This document shows positions 1-14,300 of a stretch of DNA of 64,000 nucleotides, piece by piece. The notes below the pieces were generated by a model. It ran no database searches and was not told where the DNA came from. It worked only from the letters and a program-made list of their open reading frames with translations. The DNA comes from Candidatus Omnitrophota bacterium. Its GTDB lineage: Bacteria > Omnitrophota > Gorgyraeia > Zapsychrales > Zapsychraceae. The translations under genes and the position numbers were made by a program. Each line of letters starts with the position of its first letter. Positions within the stretch are counted from its first letter, which is position 1. Location of the stretch: assembly GCA_021108075.1 (NCBI GenBank), contig JAIORP010000090.1, positions 15,828 to 79,827 of the forward strand, read 5' to 3'.

Positions 1-2320
1 CGCGATTAACTTCTTTTAGATGAACATCACGACGATAAACACTTGGCTCGACATAGACATCCTTCATCGCTAATTTCTGGAAGTCTTGATTATCAAGGGC
101 AATGCTCTTCGGTTGCATTAAAATGATACTGCCAGTTGGCAAGTTATCAATCGAAATATTTATTTTGACTTGCCCTTGGTCTGCCTTTAATTCATATAAT
201 GATATGCGCGCACCTTCTGTTTTTCCAACATAAATATTGCGGTTCTTTGCATCTGCTGTTTGTTGTGCTAGTCCACCAATGTCACTGTCTTCACGTAATG
301 CTAAAACAGCGATCGGCATCATCTCATGAGGAACCACATCAACCGTATTAATCAAATCCGAATTATTGCTTGCCAGGGAGATAGCTCTTTCTATGGAGGT
401 GTTACGAATGGTCTTGGACTGACCAGCTAAGGCTGAGCCATAATCATTGGTGCTAGCAATCATTGGCATACGGATTTGAGTTGGTTGACGGGAAGAAACA
501 TTAAAAACTTGTTCATGAATAAATCCACGACTGGCCAAATTCTGAATACCTTGATTTCTGATGTCAATACTGCGCGGTTCAACCAAAACAATACTGCCAG
601 ATTGAATGTCTTGTGCCGGAACAGCTGTCTGGCTGATCTTTTGATCCGCGCCCAGTTCATAGGCAGCGACTTGATTGCCCTCCTGTCGGGCAATATAAAT
701 TTTTCGTTTTGTTCCCATCTTACCGATCGCAGCTAAATCTTCCTGCATCGGTAACACCACGATTGATGTCACTTCAGATGGAACCATGTCAGCAATTTCA
801 ATTTGCTTTACTAATTTCGGCGTTTCATAAATTGCTTTAGCGATGGTCGCGTGTTGAATTGTATTTGTCCATGATGCGATTGCTGAACCATAATCATCAG
901 CCATTGCCATCATCGGCATGCGCGTTTGTCGTGGTTGTTGATAGGACTGAGTGAAAACTTGTTCATGAATAAATCCACGACTGGCCAAATTCTGAATACC
1001 TTGATTTCTGATGTCAATACTGCGCGGTTCAACCAAAACAATACTGCCAGATTGAATGTCTTGTGCCGGAACAGCTGTCTGGCTGATCTTTTGATCCGCG
1101 CCCAGTTCATAGGCAGCGACTTGATTGCCCTCCTGTCGGGCAATATAAATTTTTCGTTTTGTTCCCATCTTACCGATCGCAGCTAAATCTTCCTGCATCG
1201 GTAACACCACGATTGATGTCACTTCAGATGGAACCATGTCAGCAATTTCAATTTGCTTTACTAATTTCGGCGTTTCATAAATTGCTTTAGCGATGGTCGC
1301 GTGTTGAATTGTATTTGTCCATGATGCGATTGCTGAACCATAATTTTGTGCAGTGGCCATTGAAGGTTGTTTGAAATCAATGTTAATGACCTTGTCATGA
1401 ACAATGCCACGTGATGATAAAGCCTGCATGTCTTGATTTCGACTTGAAACGCTGCGAGGAGCCATAAACATAATGCTTCCCGTTTCAGAATTTTGCAGCT
1501 GACGAACAGTTATTGGACTCATCTTAAGAGACTTATCCGCATTCAATTCATAGGCAATAATCTTGTTGTTGACTTCCCGTCCAACATAAATTTTCCGCTT
1601 TGTATTCATCCCCTCAAGCATTGTCATGTCTTCTTGCATCGGGAGAACAACGATAGATGACACTTCCGATGGAACCATATCAGCTATTTCAATTTGCTTC
1701 TCAATCTTTGCTTCATTATTAATCGCCGTCGCGATGGTCGCGTATCGAACGATGTTTGCTCGGGAGGCAATCGCTGATCCATAATCATTCGCTGCCATCA
1801 TTGTCGGCATTTGCATTGAAGGTTGCCTAAAGGACACGTTGTAAACCTTTTCATGCACAAAACCGCGAATGGCCAAATTCTGCATACCGCTGTTGTCAGC
1901 ACTCGCACTGCGTTGATCCACCAACACAATGCTTCCAGACGGAATCTCTTGCGCTGCAATCGCTGTTTTACTGGTTTGCTGCGTCTTATTGTCAACCTTA
2001 TACGCCTTGAACTCTGTGCCTGCCGCGCTGGCAACATAAATTTCTCTTCCCTTAATATTGGCTTGCCCCAACATTGTCATATCTTTTGGTTTTGGTAAAA
2101 CAACAACCGGCAACTCTGTTGCTGGAATCGCCTCCGCAGTCTTGAGCTGATCCATACTATCGGTTGCGTCATTGATCGCCTGCGCTAAAGTTCCGTACAG
2201 CTTAACAGTGGTCGCATGGCCGGTGATCGCTGAACCATAATCATCCGCAGGAATGATGGCTCCGGTATTACGGACTGTCACAGCGCCGCCCCATATCGCT
2301 GATCCATAACTATTCGCCGC
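1..2320 (-). repeat. Intragenic tandem repeat, at least 5 units of ~150 aa (~450 bp) anchored by (D/N)YGSA(I/L)
   Basis: YGSA anchors near 440, 890, 1340, 1780, 2238 and 2308. Bases 504-894 and 954-1344 are identical. Confidence 0.93.
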
Positions 2321-5300
2321 ATCCATTATTAGTATTGACGCCTGCATGCTCATCAAAGGTAATTTCCCGCTATCGCTGACTTTGTCCAAGGAACTACTCA
2401 CTACGGCAATATTTTGGGCAATCGGTTCAACTTGCCTAGCTGCAGGGCTAAAATCAACGCCCGCTGCGATCTCTTTAACGCTTGCAGTGAACTCTTGTCT
2501 TAAGCGAGCCACTTTGGCCTTACCATGGGTTGCTTCCAAGTTTTTCAATTGACTTTCCGCTAACTTAACGATCTCTTGAACCAAGACTTTTTCTTGTTGA
2601 CTCTTTGGAGTATACTCGCCACTGCTCATCGCTTGCCCCAACCTCTTAATAACCGGAGGAACTGAATTTGTTCCCTGGAGAAGCATTTTGCTGCTCAGTT
2701 TCCGGACCTTGCTTCTGACGGCTTTCGTATCCTTTAAGCCTTTTTCTTTTGCAATCTTCTTAAGTTTTCGTTCCGCCTTAAGGATCGCTAGAATGATGGG
2801 CTCTGGATTATAGCTGATATTTTGTACCTCAACAGCCTCATTATAGACTCTAATCGCCTCGTTAAAATCAGACTTCATGCTGTTCATCGAACTCATCATG
2901 GCATAATCGGATTGGCTACTGCTGGTCACAGATTCATAGCTACTCGCATACTCTTGCGGGCTTAAACCAGCCTTTAAAATTTGCTTGTCTTGCAGCGTCA
3001 TCATCTGCGGCACACTGACTTGTGTATTGGCGCGCGCGACTTGATCCATTTCAAACTGGGCCTGGTGACGTTGCATCATACCGCTATATTCCGCGGTCTT
3101 TCCGACCAGGGCATTGCGTGTCGCCATCTTGGCACGCAGATCATCATCGGTCTGATCAGGCTGTGTGAATGCCATAACTTCGTGCATGATACGTTGTTTG
3201 GCAATTTCTTGAGATGTCGCCGAAGAAAGTGGTTGGCCGGCGTCATTGAGATATTCTTGAATCTGATCAACCTTAGGTATAATAATGATTTCATTTTGGC
3301 GTGCGTGCCCACTAAAAACTCTTTCTCCTGTATTGCTTAAGGCTAATTTTGTTTGAACGCGCGATAAATCATCACTGGCAAATTCCTGGTTAATCGCTTG
3401 AGTAATGTCTTGCTCTCCAATATCCGCTAAAATGATCGCTTCTGGTTTTGAGGCTGTTGCGCTTGTGGCTGGAGCTAACATAGCATCTATGACGGCAATT
3501 TCACGATTGATTTCCCGGACAAGCTCTTGCTCGCCAATTTCTTGCGCGGCTTTTGCCATTGACTGCAATTCAATTTTAGCTTGTCGCGCGGCTTGAATTT
3601 GCTGTTTAACAACAGGATCTTTCTTATCTTTCGAGGCACTCATCTTTTTAGCGCTTTTGCTCTTTGATATTAAACGCTTAACAACACGGCTGATATTTTT
3701 ACTTAAATTTTTTCGCGAAGCGGTGAGGCCCACCATCATTTGTTTATCAGAAACTTTCACAGCGACGAAGCCATCTTGATCCGCTTGTCCACTTGTTTCA
3801 ATGAGCGGCATTGTTGTGCTGCGTTTGGCGATTTGATCATTGGCTCTAGCCAATAAATCCGGCTTGATCATCAAACTAAACGTGTTGACTTCCCGTCCTT
3901 CGATATTCGACGTGCCGACGCTTGTCAAAATCAAACTGTCATCAATTTGACGATTATAAATTGTTTGAGCCGGGGCTGCCGGCAACTGCGTTTGCTGTTC
4001 CATCGCGAAGAAGGCTTTTGGTTCTAATGTCTGCTGATCAAAAACAACTCTGAAATTATTGTCCGATGTGATCTTGACAACATCACCTGTGTTTAATGTG
4101 ATCTTTTGATCATCCACCGTCATTTTGATCGATTCAGCAATAACAACTTGATTGCCACTTTCCTTCAATGGTACGATTTGACGTATTTGGCCGTTTGAAC
4201 TGGCAATGGTGAAGCTTTGATCCAGATTGATCTGTTGACCGGCGCGCAATGTCAGAGCGCCAAAATGAACAGCACTGGCACCTGTATTCGCAATCGCGTT
4301 AACGCGACCGTTTTGCTGTTTAAATCCAATGATACCGGCGTCCTTCGTGCCTGAGAGCATCGTAGGATCCGAATAAATTACCGATTGTGTCGTCTTCGCT
4401 GATGCAATGTTTGACACAGAACGATCATCGTCATCAAATATGCTTGTATTATTACTTAAATACGCACGGTTTACGAAAGCATTGGAATTGTATTCAACAT
4501 TGTTATTTGCCATAGCCCTGCTTTGAGGCAATTGCTGACTTAGCGAGTTCTTTGCCATTGAACCTGACCGAGCAGGAGTCAAATCTTTCACTGTTTTGCC
4601 TTTATCATTGATCGGAGAAAATTTTCCTTTTCCTTGAGGCATCCGATTTGATACCTCTCCCTTAGAACTTCTGTGGGTAGTCGTATTGCGAGCAATTTTT
4701 ACAGTATCCAAGGTCTTGGATGTCGGTGTCGGAGCTGCCTTTCTAGTCATTCTCTTGCTTTTCGTCGACGTGTTATTATTTACCTTTTTCTTAGAACCCG
4801 TATTCTTCTTAACTTTAAATTCAAAGCCCCGTTTGCTCTTTTCAGCGCCGAAGAATCCGCTCGACCCTTTTTTGGCAAGACATGATCCGTCCGCGCAAGG
4901 ATCATCACAATTACCAGACGGACAACTGCTAGAAGCATTTAAGGCTGATGAACTTATCATCGAAAGAATTTGTTGATCTGACAGGCTGTCATACTGAATC
5001 GGAATCAACGAAGAACTCAACAAGGATGTCAATGACACACTTCCTTGCGCTAAATAAGCTGTATCTGTTGCCGGTTGATAGCTGCTGACCGCCATTGTCG
5101 TGTCAAGAGTTGGTGTTTCAGTTGGTGTACTGCTCGATGATATCGGTGCTAACATAGGGGTCATCAGTGTTGGTGTCATTTGCAGGATCGCAGCCGGCAT
5201 GGCAGCATCCATCGATGTTGCAGGGAGAACCGGTGTTATTGAGGTCGTACCCATATCGCCGATCAACATGGCTGCGTCTGTGGTTGCCTTTGGCGCCACA

Positions 5301-8300
5301 TAATATGTTTTTTCCGACAAGGATTCAATGACCTTGAAGGCCGCGGTAGAAACCGTCTCCGGACTTTCGCCGATATTCAGCTGCATGGTGCGTGACTGAT
5401 GCCCCGTAGAGATGAAGAGTTTATTGTTGTCTGAAACATACGCAACAACAGGGACACCCTGATAGGTGGTATTTAATCCGGCTAAATCTGCATTTTCACT
5501 ACCCTTGGCCGCACTGCTGATATGCGACTCTGAAACAACCATTTTTTCAGGGGCTGTTGTAATGTAAATGTCATCATTTTCAACGATTTCCTTTAACAAG
5601 GCGGTTTGACGGGAAACATCTGCTCCGGCTAATTCCATCCGGCCCAACAGGGCAGCGGCTTGCTGAACAATTTGACGGCCTTCGATCGCGATGTTTTCCT
5701 GCGACTTTGAGCCTGGCTGAGAAATATTCACAACATCCGATTCCATATTTAAAGAAGAGATGACCTCGCGTTCAATTTTCTGTGGCGTTACTTCTGCTGC
5801 GGCAGTCTTTTGGTCAGCCACGTCTTTGTCTCTAAACATGCCCATGACTTGTGTTCTGGAATCCTGAATTTCTGGAGACTTCCCGGCCTTCAGGGCAACA
5901 AAATCAATAACCTTTGTCGGCGCTGAAGAAAATTCTAAAATCCGTCCTGAAGATTTATCGACAACGATGCTGCGGCCGGTTACCGCATTGGTATAAATTT
6001 TGCGGTCGCCAAGATCCTGGGCAGCTTCCGCGTTTCTGAAAATTTCAGCAACAATCCGTTGCGCTGTTGCTTCTGTGGGTTCTAAGCCCTGGTAAGATCT
6101 CTCGCTTTGAACAGCCGTTGATAATAGGGAAACTAGCTGGTCATTCGTTCCGTCCGTAACAGCGTTTAAGGCTGTTTGATCGTCAATAAATTTATCAGCC
6201 ACATTGGCCAATGCATCCAGTTGAGCCCGTTCCGTTTGTTTTTGTGTGGCACTCGTTTGAATCAATGTACGAGCCATCTGAATCTTGGCTTGCTTGTTTT
6301 CATAATCTTGCTTTGGAATGACCTGATCAATGCGGTAGTAGTCCGCGCCCTTATTATCCTTAACTATTACGCTAACGATGTCTGGTTTCCCAGGATCTTT
6401 AGACTTTTTAACTTCAACAAAAGCTATGCCACTGTCCATCTGTTCAACGGCCCGGCTGTGGGTATATTCCACAATGTTCATCAAGTCGGCAGCGCGTTGA
6501 GCGGACTCGGAAGCACCGACACCAACGGAACGCGCGGCTTCCGTATCGCCGACTTCAAGGGCTTCTTTAGCAAAGGCGATGCGGTAACCCACATCAATAC
6601 TGTGCGCGTCAAATTCACCAACCGCAAAATTGCTACCTTCGCGACCATACGCACCTCGGGTTTTTTCATCCAAAATCGGTTGATAGGCATGCACACGGGT
6701 CGGTCCACCGACTAAGGCGTCTTCTGAAGTCGCAACTTTAGCGGCCATGCGGTCTTCACTGTGGCGAATTTCGTGAAAGAAAATTCCAGCCCCATCGCTG
6801 GTGACATGATCACTGACCGCGCTCACAAAGGCGTTAAAACCGAGGGTTAATGTCTTGTCTCCGGTTTTAGCCGCACTCGCGTTAGATACTTTTTCTCTGG
6901 CGCCTTTTTCCGTAAATGGATCAAAGTAGAAGGATGTTTCCAGTTTTTGGTTAAGTTCATTGATCGCCCCGGTCAGTTCTGGGTTAGCTGATGACTGTGC
7001 TTGATCGCCACGAACCGTGACTTTCATCACTTCGACTTCTTGGTTTGAATTTGGATTAAGCGGATCTTGAATAGTGACCATTTCAACATCAAGATCTGCC
7101 TGGGCCAGACCTAACAGGGTTCGCATGTCGCCAAACATGCGTTTGCGGATGACATCCCTGCGGCCATGCTTATAAATATCTTTTTTACCTCGAATGATTT
7201 GATTATATTTTTCTAACGAAATAATTACTTCCTGTTCCTGACGTTTGCTGTTTAATGCATTCTTGAATTCAATATATGGAATAAATATAGTGGTGTCTTC
7301 TGAGATAGATTCATCAGTTTTGATCTGGACGATATGGTCGGTTAATCCTAATGATGTCAGAGTATCCAGACCGCGCTTGTCAGCCTTGACCCTAAATCCG
7401 AGCGGCGCGTCTGATTCCGCTGGCCTGCTGGATGTCTGAACCATCATATCGCCGGATTTCTTACGTTCCGGACGATACATGCGTCCTTTATGCATAGCAG
7501 CTGTCGTTCTGGTCGCATTGTTTTTCGGGCTGATCACAGCAACACGCATTTTGCCATTGGTTGACATTCGATCACCCCGGCTCAAACCAAGTTCAGGAAT
7601 ATCTTGATCAACGGTAAAATGCGACGAAGATAAAAATTGATCATTATTTTTAAAATTACTGGAAACCTTAAACGTATCAATGGCCCTGACAGTGATATTG
7701 CCGCCTGTGGTGGCAACCGATTCCGCGGTCGGGGCAACCGATGCTTCGGTCGACATCGACGGGATTGAAACAAAGCCGCCTTCCTGTATCGGCAATTTTG
7801 AAAACTGGACTTCCCCTAATTCGCTTTCCTGGCCGGAGTCATATGATAATAAATGTGTGGCGCGATCTTTACCGCCTTCGGTAACATACACGACCTGGCT
7901 ATCGACATCCAACTTCTCACCAGCTGAGAGGCTGATGCCATGATTCAAATCAAGTGTTTGTGTTCGCACGGCTGTTGACAGGGCTTTCTTGATTTTAGAA
8001 GACGCAATAGGCCTGATATCTTCTTTCGCTGCTGAAACAATGGCATCAATGCTAAGGGCTTCGCTGACCAGCATCGGGCTTGTCGTGCGCGCCGTGACAA
8101 TCGCCTTGGCCAAATCTGAAGCACCTTCAATGCCGGAATCAATAAATACGGTTTCCAACTGCGGTTGCGATAAAGTGCTGATGGCCCTAACGGCAGCAAT
8201 ATCTTCCGGTGTTATTCCCTGGCTCAAAATTTCTCCGGCCAAGGCCTGAACCACGTCTTCTGTGTTCATTTCTGTGAACGAAGATACAACCCGGGTTATG

Positions 8301-11300
8301 ACGCCAAAATCCTTGGCAGCCGACAGAGGTAGCGCCCCTTCCTGTTTTAAGCGCATAATCTCGCTCGCAGCTTTTTCAGCATCACTAATACCGACTTTTT
8401 CCAAGACGCTGGTCAGTTGTTGCAGATCAAACGTTTCCATCGCTTTTATAGCCGCCAATTCATGGATGGACACCTGGCCTAAATCCGAACTGGCTTCGAT
8501 GGTTGTCACTTTCACATCAGTTGGATTTTCGATGACACCGATAATGGCATCGGCATCGGCACCAAATGTAGCTACGATCTCGGCCCGCATCGCACTATCC
8601 ATCCGCTGCGTCATTGTTCCTTCTATCGGGGCTGTGGTTACAGGGCCTTGCGTTTGGGCAGGGGCAATAAGCTCTCTGCTGATCAATGCGCCCACGACAG
8701 CGCCTGCATTCTTGACCCCAGCATTCTCAAGCCTAACGACTGAAATGGTTCCGTCGTGAACCGCTTCAAAGGTCTGCACACCCTTACCGTTCGGCATCTC
8801 TAATGTGGTTGATTTTTTACCAGAAGTGGTCAAATAATTTTTAATAACTTCGCGTTCACTATTTGAACTGTAGTCGCTGATGAGGCGGGAAATTTGGCTC
8901 TTGGTCACTTCAGCATTCCCTTCCATCATCGTCAGGACATTGCGCTGAAAATCATGCGCAGCATATTGTTGCATTACTTTTTCAACAGCCATACGAACCA
9001 CGTCCTGAGAACCGCTTGCCGCTGCTTTTCGCAAGGCCACCTTATTTGCATCCGTATGCATGGAATGGTTCGCATCAAAAAGAATGTGATATTCACCCGT
9101 CATACGCTTGGAACCTTTCCATGTTCCCGCACGGGCACCTGCCTGTTGAAAGCGAACCGTAGAACCGACATTCAAGTCATAGATCCAAGCGCGTCCATTC
9201 TCCGCATGTATTTCCTTTCCATTTATATCTGTACCCAGTTTCCGGTCCATGACCGAAACACCTTCCTTAAAAGCGGAGATAAGAATCATCTTCTCGACTA
9301 TCGTCTCTCCCTTCTTTGCTTGTTTTTCCAATTTTTTCACTTCTTGGATAATATCTGTGTTTTTACTCTCTGGACCTGTCTCAACAACACGCCATTGCCC
9401 TATCTTTTTCCCTGCTTTTACTCTAAGTATCTCTTCTTTGGCAAGTACTTCATTAACGGCCTTTTCAATAGCTTTTCGGCTGACCCCATTAATCTCATTA
9501 ATCATGATGAGGCGGTTGCCTTTTATGTCCGTGTGTTTCCTAATAATTTTTCTGACATGCTCTACCAATGCCTTGTGTGTGCTCTTTCCATGAAGACCTG
9601 TGATCTGCACGGCAGAATTCATATCACCCAATTCAATTTCCCTCACAAACTGTGTAATACTGCTGCCCAAAGCGATTAACGGTGTCAGCGGCGGCCCTGT
9701 ACCAGTCATGCCAACGACACGTCCGGTTTGACATAATGCTTCTTTACCGGTTGCCGAGTCCGTCAGCCGGTTATTCTGACTATGAGCCTCATAACCTAAG
9801 TAAGAAAATTTGGAAACTCCGCGGAAATTCTTAATACGTCCATCACGACCCAAGGCTTCATACATGGCCAGATAGGCCTGATTCAGGCTGCCATCACTGA
9901 TGGTTTGCTTATGTTTGACTTCCCCTAAATTACTGTTATCTATCGGAGTTACCAAATGGCCTTCTTTTTTGCCGTGATATTTCACTTCCACGCGTGCGTA
10001 TTGATAACTTTTTAATGCCAGAGCAGAATCATTAACAGCTTTCTGTATTTCCGCTTCACTGATCCGATGAGTAATGCCAGCATCTTTTACTGCCTTTACA
10101 ACCGCTCTTCTGACTTCTTTACGAACAGAAACCCCGTTGCGGCCGGTAAGGTTCTTTTGCTTGCCTTTTGCGTCGTCTAATAATGAGCTCCTGTCCTTTA
10201 ACGTAAAATGTTCCATGATTTCATGACCATTGACATCTCGCACGTGTTCCACCATGGCGTCAATCGCCTTTTTACTGCCCAGCTCCTTCTCTAATTTCTT
10301 AAAAACATCAAAAACTGCCTGAGCGGTTGCTTTTATCATCAAGGCCCTATCCGTCGCCTTAGTCAGCGCACTTTTGTTCAATGCCAGCGTCTTACCAAGT
10401 TCCTTAATAGATCCGACACTGATAACCGTAGGGTCAGCCAAGACAATGACGTGAAACTCGTCACTGACCATTAAGGCCTGCTCCAGTAGATTCAAACCCT
10501 TAGTCTTGGCCTGCAACGTCATGGCTTTGTATTGCTCGACATCAATAACCGTGATTTTATCGGTTGCTAATTTGGTGTAATCACCAATGTGTTCGCCTTT
10601 CGCGATGGTGAAAAATTTTTTTTCGCTTTCGCTAAGCTTACTTATAATCTGTTTAACCAGTTGACGACTCGCTGTGGTAAATAAAAGGGGTTGCTTACCG
10701 TTAAGCTTAAGCTTTAAAATTGTTAATAACAATGATTTAGTCATGTCCGTTTTACCCCCGGAAACCGGTTTGATAACTAGGAACATGTCCATCAGTCGGT
10801 CAATCTCAGACATAGATTTCAAAGTCTGCGCGCCTTGTAACAAATGCTGCGTAATGCCCAACATAAGCGATGGATCACCTCTAGAAGAACTTCCCTTTGA
10901 TGCGTCATAATCCCACTTCAAACGCTCATAGGCAATGGCGGCAACAGCCTGTTCTTTTGTAACACCGCTATCACGTAAAATTTTATAAATCTCTTGGAGA
11001 CTGAAGGCGTCTGTTTGTCCGCGGGTCTTCTTTTTTGCCGCGTCTGAAGTTTTAACTGGCTTGCCTTTGCTTTTTAATTTAACCTGTTCATTGACTTGCG
11101 TGAAGGCTGTCTTTAGTGACTTGAGCGCGGCGGAGTCCTGACTGGAACCTAAGGCGCTGCCTTTTAATAGGGTAATTGCATCCGCTAATTTCGACGCATC
11201 TAAACCTAAACTCTTTGCCCTGACCACGAGATTACTGGCCTCTTGCACCTTCATGCGTCTGCCAACGGTTCGCTCGAGGGATTTCATGCCGTCGGTCGAG

Positions 11301-14300
11301 CCATCTTTTGCAAGTTCCATATATTTACTGTGCTCAGCACCAGTCATCCCTCTCAATATGCTGACGCGGCTCTGTATTTTTATCTGGCTGACATCGAAAT
11401 TATTATTGCCGGATAAATATTTTTCAATGGTCTTTTCTATAATTGAAGCTGTGGAAAGAATATCTATTTTTTGAGCAACAGGGCTTGCGGTTTTTGAGCC
11501 TCTTCGAGAGGCAATGCGCTTAACGAAATCATTGATCTTTTTAGAAGATGAATTGAGCATGCCATGATCAAGATCAGAACCTTTGTCTCCACCAGCCCCT
11601 TTCGGACTTGTTAATTTTCTGGCGAGATCCTGAATGCGGCCGGTAAAACCTTTTTTGCCCGTGGGTGGCGGGCCCTGGCTGAGCTTGGGGTTCCCTTTCC
11701 CTGATTCCACGCTCGACGTTTCCTGCGCATCCGTTTTTTCCTGAGACTTTACGATTAAATTTTCACCACCTGTTTCGCGTTTATAGGCTTCCGCATAAAT
11801 CCTTTTAATGCGTTCTCCACGGCGGCCATACCCTATGGCTTCGGCTAAAAGCTCTAATCCTTTTGCTTTATCACCGAAACGAACCTCCTGCATGCCCTGG
11901 GCGCCGACTTTCATCGACTCAGCAATATAGCGAATTTTGGCGATGAGCCTAGATGTACGCACTTCTTTTTGAGCCTTAGCCTGTCCTTCCGATAATACCA
12001 AAGAATTGATCGCCTGATCCAAAAATATTAGATTGTTGTCTGTGGGCGACAGTTTTTCCGAGTTAAGCATTTCCTTTAACGCCTTAGCGAATTCACTGTG
12101 CGCTTTCTTCATATTCCCTGGGGCCTCACTTGCCGCGAGACGCTGCCCCTCGGCGATATGCTCAATAGCACGCTCATTGGCCAGATCGGTGTGGTACTTG
12201 CGAATAACGTTAGCAACTCTGCCATCTAATTTTGCCGCACCCCCAACTCCCTTATTCATCGCTTGAGACGTTGCATTGACGGCGCGGTTTAAATGTGTTT
12301 GAATCTGACCTTCAATCGTGTCAATCTTTTTTGTTAATTTTTTTATTTCGGATTGAAGTTTATTGGCATTCTTCATCGTAGAATTTCCGGCGAGTATGTC
12401 CATAATTCCTGCACGCCTCAATTGCAATGTTTTTCTCAGAGAAATCAGATTATCAGCTATACTAATTTGAGTTCTGGGCGATTTTCCTTCAATTTTAGCG
12501 AGAATTCTCCAAGCCTTATTGGAGTTCTCTAATTCAATGATTGTGGTATCCATGTCATTACGGCTAAAGGCTTCCTCTGCTTTTGCGCGATGAGCCCAGC
12601 CTTGTTCTATTGCTGGTATAATCTGATAGATTTCACGATTCTGTTTGATTTGATTTTTCAGTGGTTTATTCCAAATCACGGGCAATTGGGCAGCTAAAGC
12701 AAAATTTTTCATAATAGCATTATTTTTTTGAAAAGCATCCGACACGTCTTTGCCGATATCTTTACCAAATTCTTTCAGTATGGAGTGTTCCAACTTACCG
12801 GCAACAGCCATGCCGGAGTACGCTTCAGCACTCGCCGGATCGAGTTTCAATGCTTTTTTCCACTCTTTCTGGGCATTAACACTTGCGTCATGCGCTTCTT
12901 GCTTGAGCACCTGGATATCTTCGGCATCCATGCGATGCAGCTTTGTATGAATGACATTTTTCTGCGTGGCGTCCCGAACCTGTCTGGCCGCGTCAAACTC
13001 TGTTGTGTATGCGTCAATTTTAGCTTGAATCTTGCTAATTTCAGTCTTTGACTTCCCTTTAGCAATAGCAGTTCTTAATGCCTTACGAGCCAAAAGTTTA
13101 TTCTTTAAGGCATTATTGGACTTTGTCAGTGCTGTTTTTGCGTCCAATTCTGCCTCCGCTTCAACGGCCTGTTTGGTCTTAAATTCTGCTTGCACTTTCG
13201 ATCTTCGGGCATTGCCGCGCTCTTTTTCACCCAGCGTACCCCGAGAGCGGGTGGCTAACATGACCGCGAAACTCATGACTTCTTTTTCTTTTTGACTAAG
13301 TGATGTGCCTGGAATATCTTCCTTAAATCTTGAAGCTGCCCGGTCAACATAATGTAAGCCTTTTTCAATGGCTTTAACAAAACCGGGCATGTACACAATG
13401 TCGCGGTAGAACTTGGCAACAAATGGATTTTTTGATGTGCCTTTTTGCAGAAACTCAACAACCCGTCCCATTTTTGTAAGCGGTGTTCCCGCTCTTGTTT
13501 GCAGGGCGCCGAAACCGACAGACATCCATAAACCATCGAGTGGACCGGTTAAAATTCCTTCAACCAAGGCATCATGTCCGGCAGCAGACATCAATTTTGA
13601 GTATTGGGCATCCCCTTCTTTGGGCTCTTGTTTCAAAAGGAACAATGGCACATCCATAACACCTTTAACGCGTTTGCCGTCAATAATTTCATTATATAAT
13701 TCCGCGTCATCACCGGCGATCAATAACTCTATTTTTCCAGTAACACCTTCCCACATGGAGCCGCCGATGGTAAACATCGGAGAGACCATGGTCCATTTGA
13801 GCCCGCCAACCGTTGTTTCTTTCACCAATGCGCCCACATCATCGTAATATTTACCAAAGCCTTCCATCGTTGACGCACCGGTTAATAAGTGCGCGCCAAC
13901 CAAACCCATCATTGAGCCAATCACGAAGTCAGACACGCCAACCTTCCAATGGTAATCCTGACCGCTATTTTTAGCGGAAACCATCCCTGTTCCGACCTTA
14001 ATGCTACCGCCCATAGTAGCCCCAGTCACATAAGCGGCTAATTTGAGACGATTGTATTGCTTGGCTGCTTTTGCGATGCGTTCAGGAACTTTTTTTCCGG
14101 AAGCAACCAAATTTTTGTATATTTTAGCAGACCTGGATAATTGCGCAATATTTAATCTTTTGCTGCTCATCGCCATGCGGTATAAACCAGAACCTGCTGC
14201 ACCCAGTCCAAAACCCGCGATAGCGGCGACGCCTGCTTTTTGTAAAACGCTCATGCCTTCGCCGCTTTCATTTTCCTTGGCGGTGGCCAACGTGTATCCA

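Noticed and set aside
3170-3200. RIMHEVMAF as a second zincin motif
   Set aside because: Lacks the second His of HExxH.
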